From: Acanthopagrus schlegelii
Taxonomy: Eukaryota
Direction of reading: 5' to 3'
DNA: 64,000 bases
NCBI GenBank assembly: GCA_041753875.1
Contig: CM085480.1
Location: forward strand, 5,671,958 to 5,735,957
A program made the position numbers and the translations under genes. Below the pieces are notes generated by a model. It was not told the DNA's origin. It worked only from the letters and a program-made list of their open reading frames with translations, and ran no database searches. This document shows, in pieces, positions 1 through 11,645 of the stretch. Position 1 is the stretch's first letter. Each line of letters opens with the position of its first letter.

Positions 1-1640
1 GGATCACCTGGTAAGTTATGGAAATATGTCCCAGCACAGCATAGCAGTGATCGACCCAAACTCCATTCAGTGAACAAGCATTTTAAAAGTTGAGCCACAT
101 GAATCCAGGCTTATTATAAGGCGGCATTATGATGTTTTTATCTCACTGTCCCTTTGATCCAGTCAGATTACAGAGAAATTGCTTTATTTTCAAATGTCAG
201 TCAATTTAGAGTACTTTTAAGACCGCAGGCAGTCAGTCGGGTAGTGTATTTCCTGTTCAATTGGCCATTTTTTGCTGTTTGTTCTATGTAAAATGAGCTA
301 TTTGTGAGGAGTCTTTCTGCAAACTGAATCATGTGCTCTTTTTTTTAGTTTTACTGGCTTAATGTCAACAAGATTTAACTTCATCAATTATTTATTTCAA
401 ATTATTGATCTTGTATTTTTACTCCTACATTTAACTCCTTGCCAGAAGGCTCTACAGTTGAGAGCTACTTTCCTAGTTGCAATGTCTCTGTTGTCCTGTT
501 TTCGGTGTAGACTGTTCACTTACTTATTTAAGTCATGGGCTCTCCAGAAGTTCACCTTTAGCTCATATTTGTCAGAAACAGAATCAGAAAATAAACAAAC
601 TGGCACAAAGTTTTCATCTTACTCTCTTTGTCTCCTCGACCAACTTAATGTCTTCTGTCTTTTCATTCCTCCTTTCTTTCATTCCCTCTGTTATTTCTTT
701 ATAACTCTCTTTGTTATATTTTTTTTATTCTTTCGTTAAAGAGTAAACCTAGTGGGCACGTCAACTAATAAAAAAAAGAATCCAAATAGGATCATGCAAA
801 ATACCAAAAACAGAAATTACAATATTGCAATTACAAAGCTTTTCTACAGTATGAAAGAGAAACAATCTCAGACAAATAAGTGCAACGGGTTGCTATACTG
901 GCAGCAGTAAAGCAAGTCTTTAACTATTGGATAATTCAAAACACATTAAGTGACTTACTTTTTTAGGAAGGGAGAAAAAAAAGAACCATAAAACCAAGGC
1001 ATGTTTTTGAATAAATTAAAAGACTGCAGCATGCCTGCTCTATTGACACATGAGGGATAATTATCTTTCTTCTGTGTCTCTAAACAAAATCATTAGTGGG
1101 CTTCTGTAGTCTGTGTAATAGGGCCACTGATTACTTGTTTTGGTGTTAGCAAAGACATCAGCCTTGGAAGAGTATTGGCATCAGTGCTGGGCAGAACCAG
1201 ACCTGATCAATTTTCTGTTAATGACTTCTCCACCTCTCTCTTCTTTCTTCATTCCTCTCTGCTGTCTGCTGAGCTTGCTCTTCTGCATCTTTGCCGGAAA
1301 AGAGAAGAGAGAATGGAGGGGAGCCAAACTGACTCATCTGTGAACCTTTAAAGGTCACATAATATCTTAGCAAACATCCACAGAGCATTAGCCACTCCAG
1401 TTGCATTGTACTTTTCGTTTTCCTGTGTCAGGTTGATCCACCGAGGACGAGCGGCTTATGCGCAGTATTTTACTGAGTGATCATTGTTTGAAATAGTGTT
1501 TGTTATGAATAATGCACCCTCTGAAATTCATGATACAAAATATGAGCCTTTTTTCTTATGAAAATATTATCCAGGGAGCATCATTTTTCATATGTTGACT
1601 GGTTATTTTCTTTGAGAAATGAAAACCTGTGGTCTTGCTC

Positions 1641-1686
1641 GCTCTCTCTCTCTCTCTTACACACAGACACACACACACACACAAAC
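1641..1686. repeat. Compound (CT)n/(CA)n microsatellite
   Basis: Direct read: ctctctctctctctc followed by acacagacacacacacacacacaaac. Confidence 0.9.
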
Positions 1687-1842
1687 CCGGCAAAGAAGCA
1701 GGTGTAATCTATGACTGAAATGCATGCTGCATACTTAGTATTCATGGTGTCAGGAGTTTAATACCATCCAGCTCCACTTTAAATACAACGTTGAGGGTTT
1801 TTTTTCTATTGCTTTTTTATCAGCTCAAGTTTTTTTTTTGCT

Positions 1843-1848
1843 TTATTT
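1843..1848 (-). terminator. AATAAA polyadenylation-signal hexamer on minus strand, about 20 nt downstream of the candidate ORF stop
   Basis: The forward strand reads tttatt. The region is T-rich, so the hexamer could occur by chance. Confidence 0.2.
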
Positions 1849-1865
1849 TTTTAGTTTTTCCTGAC

Positions 1866-2167
1866 TTACCATATCTTACAGGTGTACATGACACAGTAGC
1901 TGTTTCCCCAGCCTTCCGTACAGTGTGATGTGTGGAGTGCCGCGGGCTGCTGTAAGCAGATTTCGCCGGTGATACATGAACAGCAGCTCAGCAGCAGCCT
2001 GCTCTGAGCTCCTGCAGCGTGTGTCCACTGGGGGAAAACAGATGAGGTTGACTCAGGGGTCATCAGCTCCTCCTGGGCAGGACGCAGATGATCATCCTCC
2101 TCCTGCGCCGCTCCGTTGCTCAACAATCGCAGCACAATACCAAAAACCATGAGGTGAAGGAACATGG
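1866..2167 (-). CDS. Candidate single-exon ORF for a small secreted cysteine-rich peptide. About 99 aa from the internal Met: MFLHLMVFGIVLRLLSNGAAQ... ...HCTEGWGNSYCVMYTCKIW
   Basis: The minus-strand ORF has a hydrophobic, signal-peptide-like N-terminus after the Met at about 2167 and 8 Cys in its C-terminal half. The stop codon overlaps a GGTAAGT-like motif. A TATA-like motif lies upstream and AATAAA downstream on the same strand. No family recognised. Confidence 0.25.
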
Positions 2168-2242
2168 CAGCCCTTTTCCTGCCTGCAGTATGGTAGCACT
2201 GTGAAACTTTCCTGTGCTGCTTGTACATTGAAAAGTTACATG

Positions 2243-2251
2243 AATATAAAC
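2243..2251 (-). promoter_or_regulatory. TATA-like box (TTTATATTCA on minus strand) about 75 bp upstream of the candidate ATG at 2167
   Basis: The reverse complement of tgaatataaa reads tttatattca. The spacing fits a short 5'UTR. Confidence 0.2.
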
Positions 2252-3614
2252 ATGTAATACATTCATTTGCAGCTGACACTGCCATATTTTCCAGCACTGT
2301 GGTCATTTCCAAAGAACAACCCAGTGTAAATAATAATTCATGTTAGTGCACATCTGAAAATGGGTGTTCAGTGGTTAAAAGAATGTAGCTTTTATTTATT
2401 TTTCCTCTGGTCAACAGTGTTTTTCTGTGCTAGTAAGAAAATACAGCTTAAATCCCCAGTGACAGCAGACTGCTGCCAACTGCCGCCATGGGTCAGGAAA
2501 GGTTAACTTTTTCCCTCAACTCCGCACACCTCACTGCTACGCACTGTGGGCTGGTTAAGCTTCTTCAACTGAAAACACAGGCTCCCATGCTGCCTTAAAT
2601 TTGTGAGTCTTTGGGTTGTGAAAATGTAAAATCAACTGAGGTAGGTTCACTGAACTCGTGCTCCATTCAACAAGTTCAATAACTCGAGATGTTAAGTTGG
2701 ATCAACAGCTGTTCAGCCACTCTGATGCCTGTTTATGTGGCAGACTGAATCCCAATATCCTTCCTCTGGACTAATGGTGCCTCCCATTGCAAGTCACAAT
2801 TTCAGAGTCAGTATTTGTGACTCCCAATCTAAAAGCGTCCACGTGCATTTCCTCTGAAAAACATGGAGACATGGACGTGGAGATTTACTGCACGTTTCAC
2901 TGTTGAAGAGGTAAAAATTAATTGTCACCATTGGCGCCACCATACTGCTGCGATGTCATGTGTATTAGAATTCCGACTTGGATGACCATTTCATTGCACT
3001 TTTCTGTGTCGGAGGTCAGTACAATGGAAGTTCAACAATGTCATGTCTGTATCGCAATGAATTGTGGATTATCAAATCAGTGAAGTCCAATTTAAGTCTG
3101 CAGCCCAAGAGGACTCCCTGGAATTCTGCAAGTACGGTGAAGTCCAGATATTTGTGATCAGCCGTAGAAAATGCACCTTTAATGTCGGTGAATGGTGTGT
3201 TCAGTGTTTCTGAACGGAGTCACTGGCCTGACTCCTCCTCCACCCACTCCACCTAATTAGTGCCAGGTTATAACAAGCTCTTGTTTATTTTAACTCTCGA
3301 ACACTACATAATGGTCTGATCAAGTTTCTTTTCACGTAGTTTAATGAGATGAGTGAACATGCGGGAGTATATTCATACAACTCATTTCAAGTCGAGGAAC
3401 TTATAGTTAGAGCAATTTATGTTTAAGTTTGGCAGCGGCCCGAAAATACGAATTAGAAGTTTCAAGTTGAATTAGCTTGAAATTAAAACTGAGGAAAAGT
3501 TGGTGGATTCATGGATCCCATGTGATTTTTGTCCAAACCACAAAAAAAAAAAAAAAGTCAGCTCCCTGCATCCTAAATCAGATATAGCATCAAACCAAGC
3601 GTCATCCTCTCATT

Positions 3615-4408
3615 TACAGTCCCCTCCAAAACTATTGGAGCAACAAGGCCAGATTCCTTTATTGGCGCTGTTCACTAAAAACATTCGGTTTTTGACACCA
3701 AAAGAAGAGTATGAGACAAGAGATCAGCATGTCAGCATCCATTTCCAGGTATTTACATATAGATTTGGTTAAAAAAAAACAAAAAAAAAACAACAAAAAA
3801 AAACATAGAAGATAGCATCGTTTGAACCCACCCTTTTTTTAAGTGAGCAAAATTATTGAATCATGTGACTGACCATGTCTTTTGCTGCCCGGGTGTGTCC
3901 ATCAATAATTCAAACAATAAAGCGCTGAATGTCTGCTCTCACTTTCAGCTTTGGGTTTTGCCTCTGAAGACTGCGTTTATAGTTAAAAATGTGTAACCAA
4001 CATGAAGACCAGAGAGCTGTCTGTGGGAGCAAAGCAAGCAATTTTTCAGCTGAGTGAAGATGGAAAATCAATCAGAGCTATTGCACAAACATTGGCCATA
4101 GCCAGTACTACCATTTTGAATGTCCTGAAGAAGGAAGAAACCACAGGAGTACCCACCAGCAGATGTCGAGCTGGTAGACGAAGGAAAACATCAGCAGTTC
4201 GGGACAAAACATTGTGAGAGCTGCAAAGAAAAACCCTAAAACAACTGTCAGTGACATCAACAACAACCTCCAGAGTGCAGGAGTGAAAGTAACACAATCC
4301 ACCAGTGGCAGCAAACTTCAGCAACAAAGTACAGTGGCCACACCAGAAGATGAAAAACCGCTCATTAGCAATAAGAATAGGAAGGCCAGACTGGAATTTG
4401 CAAGTTTT
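3615..4408 (+). mobile_element. Tc1/mariner (Tc1-like) DNA transposon, 5' portion only. It has a 5' TIR, an UTR of about 380 bp and an N-terminal transposase fragment, and is truncated near 4408.
   Basis: The TIR TAcagtcccctccaaaactattggagcaacaaggccagattcctttattggcgctgt matches the characteristic fish Tc1-like TIR. The downstream ORF has Sleeping-Beauty-like paired/HTH-domain residues. Confidence 0.75.
4002..4408 (+). pseudogene. Tc1-like transposase N-terminal DNA-binding region. It is frameshifted near 4214 and truncated before the DDE domain.
   Basis: MKTRELSVGAKQAIFQLSEDGKSIRAIAQTL...GRRRKTSAVRDKTL then (frameshift) VRAAKKNPKTTVSDINNNLQSAGVKV...NKNRKARLEFAS aligns by eye to the Tc1 transposase N-terminus. 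Sleeping Beauty, for comparison, has ...GRRRVLSPRDERTLVRKVQINPRTT...KKARLRFA. Confidence 0.75.
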
Positions 4409-4566
4409 TTTGTTTTCATTTTTTTTTACATATCGTTTGTATTGTGTATGTATTTTGCACTTGGTATAACAGCTCACAGCCACAACAAAGACAGTAAATA
4501 CACATCAAATATAGCAATAAACACATGTACTGAAGTAAGGTACAATAATGGTTACAATGAGGTGTG

Positions 4567-4568
<2 letters not shown>

Positions 4569-4652
<84 letters not shown>
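4569..4652. repeat. (GATA)n microsatellite, about 21 units
   Basis: Direct read of uninterrupted gatagata repeats. Confidence 0.95.
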
Positions 4653-4653
<1 letters not shown>

Positions 4654-6375
4654 AATAAATTACTGAGGTATAAAAGGTAAGTGGATCATATAGTGCGGGT
4701 GGATGAGTTGTGTTTACAGGAATAATAATTCAAGCGCATTAGTAGTGTGTTGTGGAGTGTGTTATCACGGCAGGATCATTGGGGTATGAGAGTGCGTGAA
4801 TGCAGCGGCTAATAACCGCACACCTACAGGGCTGCAGACAGACACGGCTGTTTCGTCTCACATGCTGGCTGTGAGCTTCACACCAGACAGAACACATCAG
4901 TGGCACATAAGCGCCAGTGAAAGCTCCGTCCATTTAACCGTCCATTAAACACAGACACCGACCTCATTATGGGCCGTTGCCGTCCGGAGTACAAGTTCCT
5001 GTCAGCAGCACAGCTCCTGAGACTTTTTACCGACCAGGCTGTTGACAGAAATACGAAGGATGAGAACAGTTTTCAAGTATGCTTGATGATGACCATAGAG
5101 GACAAAAATGGCATTTCCTGCACCCAGCGGAGCTCCGATACAACACTCTTAAAGGTGTTTTTTTTTTTCCTGAAAACCGAAGACACATATATGCCAGGAG
5201 AGCTTGCACAACACGACTGTCACAGTTAAAATTGCTACATCTGGCCATGCTTTCATGAAGAAGTTCTCTTCCTCTATCTGTAAACAAAATCAACTGCTCT
5301 GCATCACCATGCAGTCACATTCTTGCCACTGCGACCATCTACAACGCTGTGGTTTCATCCACAGGGGAATAATCTTCCAGTTAGAATATGTGAGAAAAAT
5401 GTCTCTTACAATTGCTGGCTGTACAGAGAAACACTGAGTGTTTGATCATAATTTAAATAACTGTGAGAATACTTTATGATCCAAGGCCAAAGAGATGCAT
5501 AAGAGCTACATATCCATATTCATATGGTAGTTAGAATAGTTCAATCAATGCTCTTTCATCTGCAGAGCTGAAAACAATTCAAAGTGCAGAGCAGGACTGA
5601 AGACGAGAACACATTACAGAAAGACAAAGGCTGTCAAATGAATGGCTGCAGAGGCAAGGGAACTGAAACAAGTCAAAGAAAATCATTTCTACACTATAAT
5701 TATAATCCCTATGGCAGATTTAGTGTTCTTTGTTCTTTTTATGTACTCATTCCTACTTGTCTGATACCAGCATCTGGTACTCTATGTGCTTTATAGAGGT
5801 CTCTAAGACGGTTGATTCTGTTATTTTTGAACACTACATCAAAACATTTACACATGCATTTTACAGAAGTTCCTCAACCAACACTACTAACGGTTAAGTG
5901 GAGTTTGATGTTGCAAAGGTGAATGTTCTAAACTTAATGACTACTTGATCTTGAATTCAGAACATAATGTTCCTCCCCCTAATTTAACTACTTGGTACAT
6001 CAAGAATAACTCAGTGATTAAGTGTCTCTTATACTGCAGCAGGGTCTAAAGTGGTAGCTTGAAATCTCATCGACACCTGCACTCGGCTGGAGAATGTGCT
6101 CTGCTCCAGAGGCGTTATCTGTGTTCCCAAACCTCCCTCACGAGCTACAGCGAGTCCTGCTGCCTCAGTGTCATCATCCTGACACCCAGGTCTCAAAGCT
6201 CTCACATTTTAGCGCTAACAAGATAAAAAATGCATCATGCGAAACAACACTAAACAATTTTTGTGCTTTACCGTTGACAGCTGTTGGTTTCATACTGAGA
6301 TTATTTTATAACTCTTGTTCACTCTGTTCTGGCTGCTACGTAAAGCCATGAATAAATAAATGGTAAATGGCTGCA

Positions 6376-6384
6376 TTTATATAG
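6376..6384 (+). promoter_or_regulatory. TATA-like box (tttatatag) about 105 bp upstream of the candidate ATG at 6491
   Basis: The sequence is gctgcatttatatagcgc, with (CA)n between it and the ATG. Confidence 0.15.
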
Positions 6385-6490
6385 CGCTTTTAAGCAAAGC
6401 TTTTTGCAGTTTCTGTCCCATTCACGCACACACACACATATCCACGGCAGCGTGCTACCGTGCAATGTGCAGATCTGACCATCGGGAGCA

Positions 6491-6612
6491 ATGCAGGAGC
6501 TGTGGTCTGGTTTGACTATCTTGGCGTGGGCATCCTTAGATACTGTCTCTACTTTGTGTGTTACACAAGCTGAGCACTTCCGCACTGACAGAGAATGGAG
6601 GCAAGAACGCAA
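6491..6612 (+). CDS. Candidate first coding exon MQELWSGLTILAWASLDTVSTLCVTQAEHFRTDREWRQERKG, ending at a GTGAGT donor
   Basis: The ATG is followed by a hydrophobic signal-peptide-like stretch. The ORF ends at aaag|gtgagtat (6611-6618), a consensus 5' splice site, and a TATA-like motif lies upstream. No homolog recognised. Confidence 0.2.
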
Positions 6613-6887
6613 AGGTGAGTATCACATAGTTCGTCCTGGTAATGTAGTTTATTTGGGGCTGTTAGCAAACCTCCAAAGAGCTTGACAGAGGAGAGGGTGA
6701 AAAAAGAGAATTGGTAGCTTGTGAGACGAACTGGTACATACAAAAAAAGTGCAGGCACATAGTGCTAATAACACAGGGGAAAGGCTGAATTATCAGCTGG
6801 GTGAAGTAGGCAACTGCTTAAGCACCTACATTTCATAATTGGCTAAATGCCCATTTATCTGAGAAACTACAATATCAATACATTACA

Positions 6888-6911
6888 TAATAATAATAAT
6901 AATAATAATAT
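6888..6911. repeat. (TAA)n microsatellite
   Basis: Direct read. Confidence 0.9.
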
Positions 6912-9142
6912 ATAATATATCAATATCATATTTCTGCTGCATTATTTATGTAATCTTGTGGCTCAGCCTTATTTCTGGACAACAGTCTTGTCATTTGTCA
7001 ATTGTGTAAGAGTATTCACAGATCCAAAGAGGGCATTAAGAGAATATCTTAAAAGACATCTTTCATTATTTTGTAATAACATATCTGGCAGCACAGTGTA
7101 TGCCACTACACCAGTTACACTACACTGCAGGAGACTGAATGAACATGATGTCGTCCTGACACCACTTAATCAAAGACGTCATCTCAGATAGGACAGACAG
7201 CTCTGGCCCCTCTTGTAGATCAGTGTTGAAACGTAAAAACATTTCTGGGTTATTGTCAGTGGAATGTTTTATAGCCTATTTACTTGAGTGCACATTTGAG
7301 GTACTTATGTAAACTGTGCTACTTGTACTCCACTACATTTATGTCTCTTTATTATGACATTAGATAAAGATTGATGTATTACTTTATATTATCTACGTTG
7401 TACATTATGTTGTACATTAAACTCAACAGTCTATATAAAAGTTAAAATCAGCTCAGCCACCCAGCCAGATTCAAACCTTGAACGTTGCAGTTCAATGGTG
7501 TGTCTTTACCACCTGGCAAGCAGGACACCCCCAGGATCTGGAGATTTTAAATGGAAATGACGAGCGAAAGGGGGATCAGGGAAAGACGGGGCTGCTGGCA
7601 ACGTGACATACTGAGTCTGTCTATTTTCTTAATCCAGAGCGAATCATCCATAACTGATCAGTACAAATTCCACAGTAAATTATCTTTCATATTTCTCTGA
7701 ATTAACTGAAATTAGTCCCCTATGAGTCAGCATCCATTAATCTGTTCTTTTTTTTTTTCTTTTTTTTTATCCAAAGCATTTCCTTTGCTCAACGCTCATG
7801 TTCAGGGTAAAGTGTTACCCTTGATTAGCAACGGTGTGTTTCAGTGCATACATCTGAGTGGAACATGCAGTACAACAACCATCTGACAGCAGGGGACTAC
7901 ACACTGCAGTGTGTCCTAGTGTTCCTGCTCTGTGTTAGAAACACTCCATTGGCTGCATACCATGTAATGACTTCCGTCCACACAAACATTAAATCAACAA
8001 ATACATACAAGCTCGGCGTTTAACAAACCTATCTTGGTTTAATCAGCAATACAGACCAAATTTACCAACAGATTTTACTTTAACCACCCATGTTTTTAGA
8101 TCTACAATTCACTTTCTCGGTGGTGTTTCCATCATTTCTTTACCACCGACACAAACAGTCCATAAAAAGGTTTCTGCAAACCCTTTACAATTACCACACA
8201 ACCCATACTGGAAATAAAAATTGTATGAAGAGTGCAAAGTTTTATTCCAATACTTTCTTTTTATGGCCATCGGAATGTTATTTACGCTTCAAAGCAGAAG
8301 GCTTTCAAATACTCAAATGAAAAAAAAGAAAAAAAAACACAGAAAGAGAGACAGCTGGACATCTCTATTCTGCTGAAATAAATTGTAGCTTTGAAGGAAC
8401 ATTCAGAGGGACTCGCTCAGTGGCTTCCTGTCTCCTCCACAAAGTATATTTGCCTATTCACTTAAATACATATGAGGTCTTGAAGCCATTACTCTAACTT
8501 CCAACATTTTTTTTTAACTTGAATTTCACAGCCTTAACATGGAAAAAAGCCGGACTAATATTTAACAGAGAGCCAAAGAATACAAGCATAATGATGGGCT
8601 AAATGTTCCCGATTGCCTCCAGGTCAACATAACTTCCTGGAGTGTTGGCGTTTTGCACCACTCATAACGTATTGTCAGAATGAATACCTTTCTCCAGCGG
8701 TGTCTGGGCACTTACACTTACAAGGCTCGAGGTTGCTGGTAGATATCAGCGATGAATCCCAAGAATAATAAATGTTCATCCATCATTAAATACTTTTTTT
8801 CCATTATAATAGCCCGTATGATTGGACGGAATTCGAAACAGGGGGCTGATTAAACTCAAACAACCCCTTCACTACAGTGGAAATTGTCACTTCTGGTACA
8901 CCGGAGATTCTTCTTCAATTCTCCCTCTGTAGAATAACAAGTGTTAGGCCAGTAGAATATTCTCATTGTCAACAAATCCCATGAAAAACCAATACCAACA
9001 ATTGTTGCTCTAATCTAATCTACTGCCAAAAATTGTGAAGTATCCTGATCCAGTAGAGTTTCACAGTTGTCTAAAACGGATTAAAAATATAAAGCCACGT
9101 TGTCTCACTGAATGACACGTTCATCACCTTCATCATTATGAA

Positions 9143-9147
9143 CACAG
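9143..9147. other. Target-site duplication CACAG (5' copy). The matching copy lies at 12560-12564.
   Basis: The 5' junction reads aaCACAG|TGTCATGA. The 3' junction reads GTGACA|CACAGacactg. Confidence 0.6.
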
Positions 9148-9806
9148 TGTCATGACTCCTGTTTTGTTTTGTCTTGTGTCATGTTTTGATTTCTCTATGT
9201 CTTGTCTCATGCTTTGATCTCTATGTCTTGTGTCTCATGCTTTGATCTTCCATGCCCTCATGTGTCCTTTAGTTCTCCCCTCTGGCTCCCTCTGTCTGTT
9301 GTCTTGTTCCCTCCTGGTCTGTTCCTCTGTGCTCCTCCCCCTCGTTATCTCACCTGGCTCCCTTCCTCCTCTCTCTCCTCACCTGTTCCTCGTCATGTCA
9401 TTAGTGTCTGTGTATTTAGTCTCTGTGTTCCCCTCACTCCTTGTCTGGTCATTGGATTCTGTCTCGTGTATTCTGTCTTGTGTGATAGTTGTTTCATGTC
9501 CACGTTCCATGCTCTTTGTTCCTTGCTCCTTGTTCCATGTTCCATGCTCCATGTTCCTGCCCCGGTTTGGTATGTTTGGTTTCAAGTTTTTTCATGTTTA
9601 AGTTGAACTTTGATTTTTTTGTTTTGTACTTTGTCTGATTATTGTTTGCTACTTTGCCTCTGCCTTTGTTTTGTCTACTTTTGGTTTTTGTGTCAGCTTT
9701 AATTAAAGCTCGCTTTTTGTTCCACGTTATCCTTGACTCCCTTGTGTAACTGCGTCTGGGTCCACCTTCTCCTTCCATAGTTTTCCCCTTTTACCCCAAC
9801 CTGACA
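9148..9806 (+). repeat. 5' LTR
   Basis: It matches 11880-12559. The ORF-track translations 9202-9606 and 11934-12338 are identical (134 aa), as are the 9230-9601/11962-12333 and 9379-9585/12111-12317 pairs, so at least 405 bp are 100% identical. The last ~200 bp differ by T-rich indels. Confidence 0.85.
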
Positions 9807-10032
9807 GAATGACCAGACCTAATAGAAAGGACCCAGCAGATTACAGCCTACAGCTTTGTAGGCAGGGAGATAAACTGCTGGAGATTTTGAGTGGTGAGGC
9901 TGACACCGAGGATAAGCTAAGAGCCATATCAGGTTTTGATAACGAACTGATTATTAGGCCTTGGTTAAAAAAAAATCCCATTTATCGCACTTTTTAAATC
10001 AGAGCTGGATAACCTCAGAAAGGCCTTGGTGG

Positions 10033-10214
10033 CAACAGCCACAGCCAAGCTACCAGCCCATGCCTCAGCCACAGCCAAGCTACCAGCCCATGCCTCAGCC
10101 ACAGCCAAGCTACCAGCCCATGCCTCAGCCACAGCCAAGCTACCAGCCCATGCCTCAGCCACAGCCAAGCTACCAGCTCCAGCCTCAGCCCATGCCACAG
10201 CTCCAGCCTCAGCC
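10033..10214. repeat. Tandem array with 30-bp period (cagccacagccaagctaccagcccatgcct, about 5-6 units)
   Basis: Direct read; near-perfect copies. Confidence 0.9.
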
Positions 10215-10449
10215 GAAGTGTCTCCGTTTTGTGGAACCCGGCTGGCCTACAAAGTGCCCCCACCAAGAAAGCAACGAGCACGTCCACGTCCTGGCTCCTT
10301 GAAGTCAGGCTCAGAAGCTACAGCCACAGCCACAGCCACAGCTAAGCTCCCAGCCCAGGCCGCAGCCTCAACCGAGCTCCCAGCCCAGGCCTCAGTCTTA
10401 ACCCTGTCGACACCTGCCAGTGGTCTTCAGTCAGCGGACCAGATGAGGC

Positions 10450-11150
10450 CTGTTCCTGCACCTCGGTCGGAGGACCGGCCGAGGCCCACGCCAGGTCCAG
10501 CGCCTGTTCCTGCACCTCGGTCGGAGGACCGGCCGAGGCCCACGCCAGGTCCAGCGCCTGTTCCTGCACCTCGGTCGGAGGACCGGCCGAGGCCCACGCC
10601 AGGTCCAGCGCCTGCTCCTGCACCTCGGTCGGAGGACCGGCCGAGGCCCATGCCAGGTCCAGCGCCTGCTTCTGCTCCTCGGTCGGAGGTCCTGCCGAGT
10701 CCCACGCTAGGTCCAGCGCCTGCTTCTGCTCCTCGGTCGGAGGCCCGGCCGAGTCCCACGCCAAGCCCTGTGCCTGCTCCTCGGTCGGGGGTCCGGCCGA
10801 GTCCCACGCCAAGCCCTGTGCCTGCTCCTCGGTCGGGGGTCCGGCCGAGTCCCACGCCAAGCCCTGTGCCTGCTCCTCGGTCGGAGGTCCGGCCGAGTCC
10901 CACGCCAAGCCCACTGCCTGTCCCTCGGTCGGAGGCCCGGCCGAGTCCCACGCCAAGTCCACTGCCTGCACCTCGGTCGGAGGCCCGGCCGAGTCTCACG
11001 CCAAGTCCACTGCCTGCACCTCGGTCGGAGGTCCGGCCGAGTCTCACGCCAAGTCCACTGCCTGCTCCTCGGTCGGAGGCACGGCCGAGTCCAACGCCAT
11101 GTCCACTGCCAGCTCCTCGGTCGGAGGCCCGGCCGAGTCCAGTGTGGCCT
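10450..11150. repeat. Tandem array with 48-54 bp periods (cctgttcctgcacctcggtcggaggaccggccgaggcccacgccaggtccagcg and variants, about 13 units), GC- and CpG-rich
   Basis: Direct read. Unit lengths are 54 and 48 bp, both multiples of 3. Confidence 0.9.
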
Positions 11151-11321
11151 CCAGTGGGTCTCAGCCCACGCTTTTGCCGTCAGCCTCCAGAGGAACCCAG
11201 CCCACACCTACGCCTTCGCCTTCGTCTACGTCGCCAGCCTCCAGCGGGTTCCAGCCCGCACCTTCACCTTCGTTACCAGCCTCCAGGGGGTTCCAGCCCG
11301 CACCTTCGCCTTCGCCGTCGT

Positions 11322-11645
11322 CGCCGGCCTCCGGCGAGTCTGAGACCGCGCCTACGCCTTCGTCGCCGGCCTCCGGCGAGTCTGAGACCGCGCCTACGCC
11401 TTCGTCGCCGCCCTCCGGCGAGTTCCAGGCCGCGCCTACGCCTTCGTCGCCGCCCTCCGGCGAGTTCCAGGCCGCGCCTACGCCTTCGTCGCCGCCCTCC
11501 GGCGAGTTCCAGGCCGCGCCTACGCCTTCGTTGCCGGCCTCCGGCGAGTTCCAGGCCGCGCCTACGCCTTCGTCGCCGGCCTCCGGCGAGTCTGAGACCG
11601 CGCCTACGCCTTGGTCACCGGTCCCCAGCGAGTCTGAGACCACGC
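11322..11645. repeat. Tandem array with 42-bp period (gcgagtctgagaccgcgcctacgccttcgtcgccggcctccg and a gagttccaggccgcg variant, about 7.5 units)
   Basis: Direct read. A 2-unit 39-bp repeat follows at about 11745-11825. Confidence 0.9.

Noticed and set aside
1226-1306. Imperfect inverted repeat (tctcttctttc ... gaaaagagaagaga) that could form a hairpin
   Set aside because: Low-complexity CT/GA-rich sequence. Such palindromes arise readily in microsatellite-like DNA and nothing indicates a functional element.
7440-7530. Possible minus-strand tRNA-like/SINE box (ggtttgaatctgg) near 7460-7500
   Set aside because: Only a single B-box-like motif without an A box or a conserved SINE body, so it is likely a chance match.
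9202-9606. Identical 134-aa and 123-aa ORFs at 9202-9606 and 11934-12338 that might suggest a duplicated gene
   Set aside because: They lie inside the two LTRs of one retroelement. The Cys/Ser/Leu-rich translation is typical of pyrimidine-rich non-coding sequence. The identity reflects LTR identity, not gene duplication.
9807-9997. 62-aa ORF starting 3 nt after the 5' LTR (MTRPNRKDPADYSLQLCRQGDKLLEILSGEADTEDKLRAISGF...) as a possible gag remnant, and the sequence right after the LTR as a primer-binding site
   Set aside because: No similarity to gag/capsid motifs could be recognised. The post-LTR sequence gaatgaccagacc does not begin with the TGG expected for a tRNA-complementary PBS, so the PBS is left uncalled.
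10033-11645. Regularly spaced repeats considered as a possible CRISPR array
   Set aside because: The units are contiguous with no unique spacers and have 30-54 bp periods that degrade gradually like a minisatellite. They sit inside a eukaryotic LTR element. The whole window is vertebrate-like, with no cas genes or prokaryotic gene structure.
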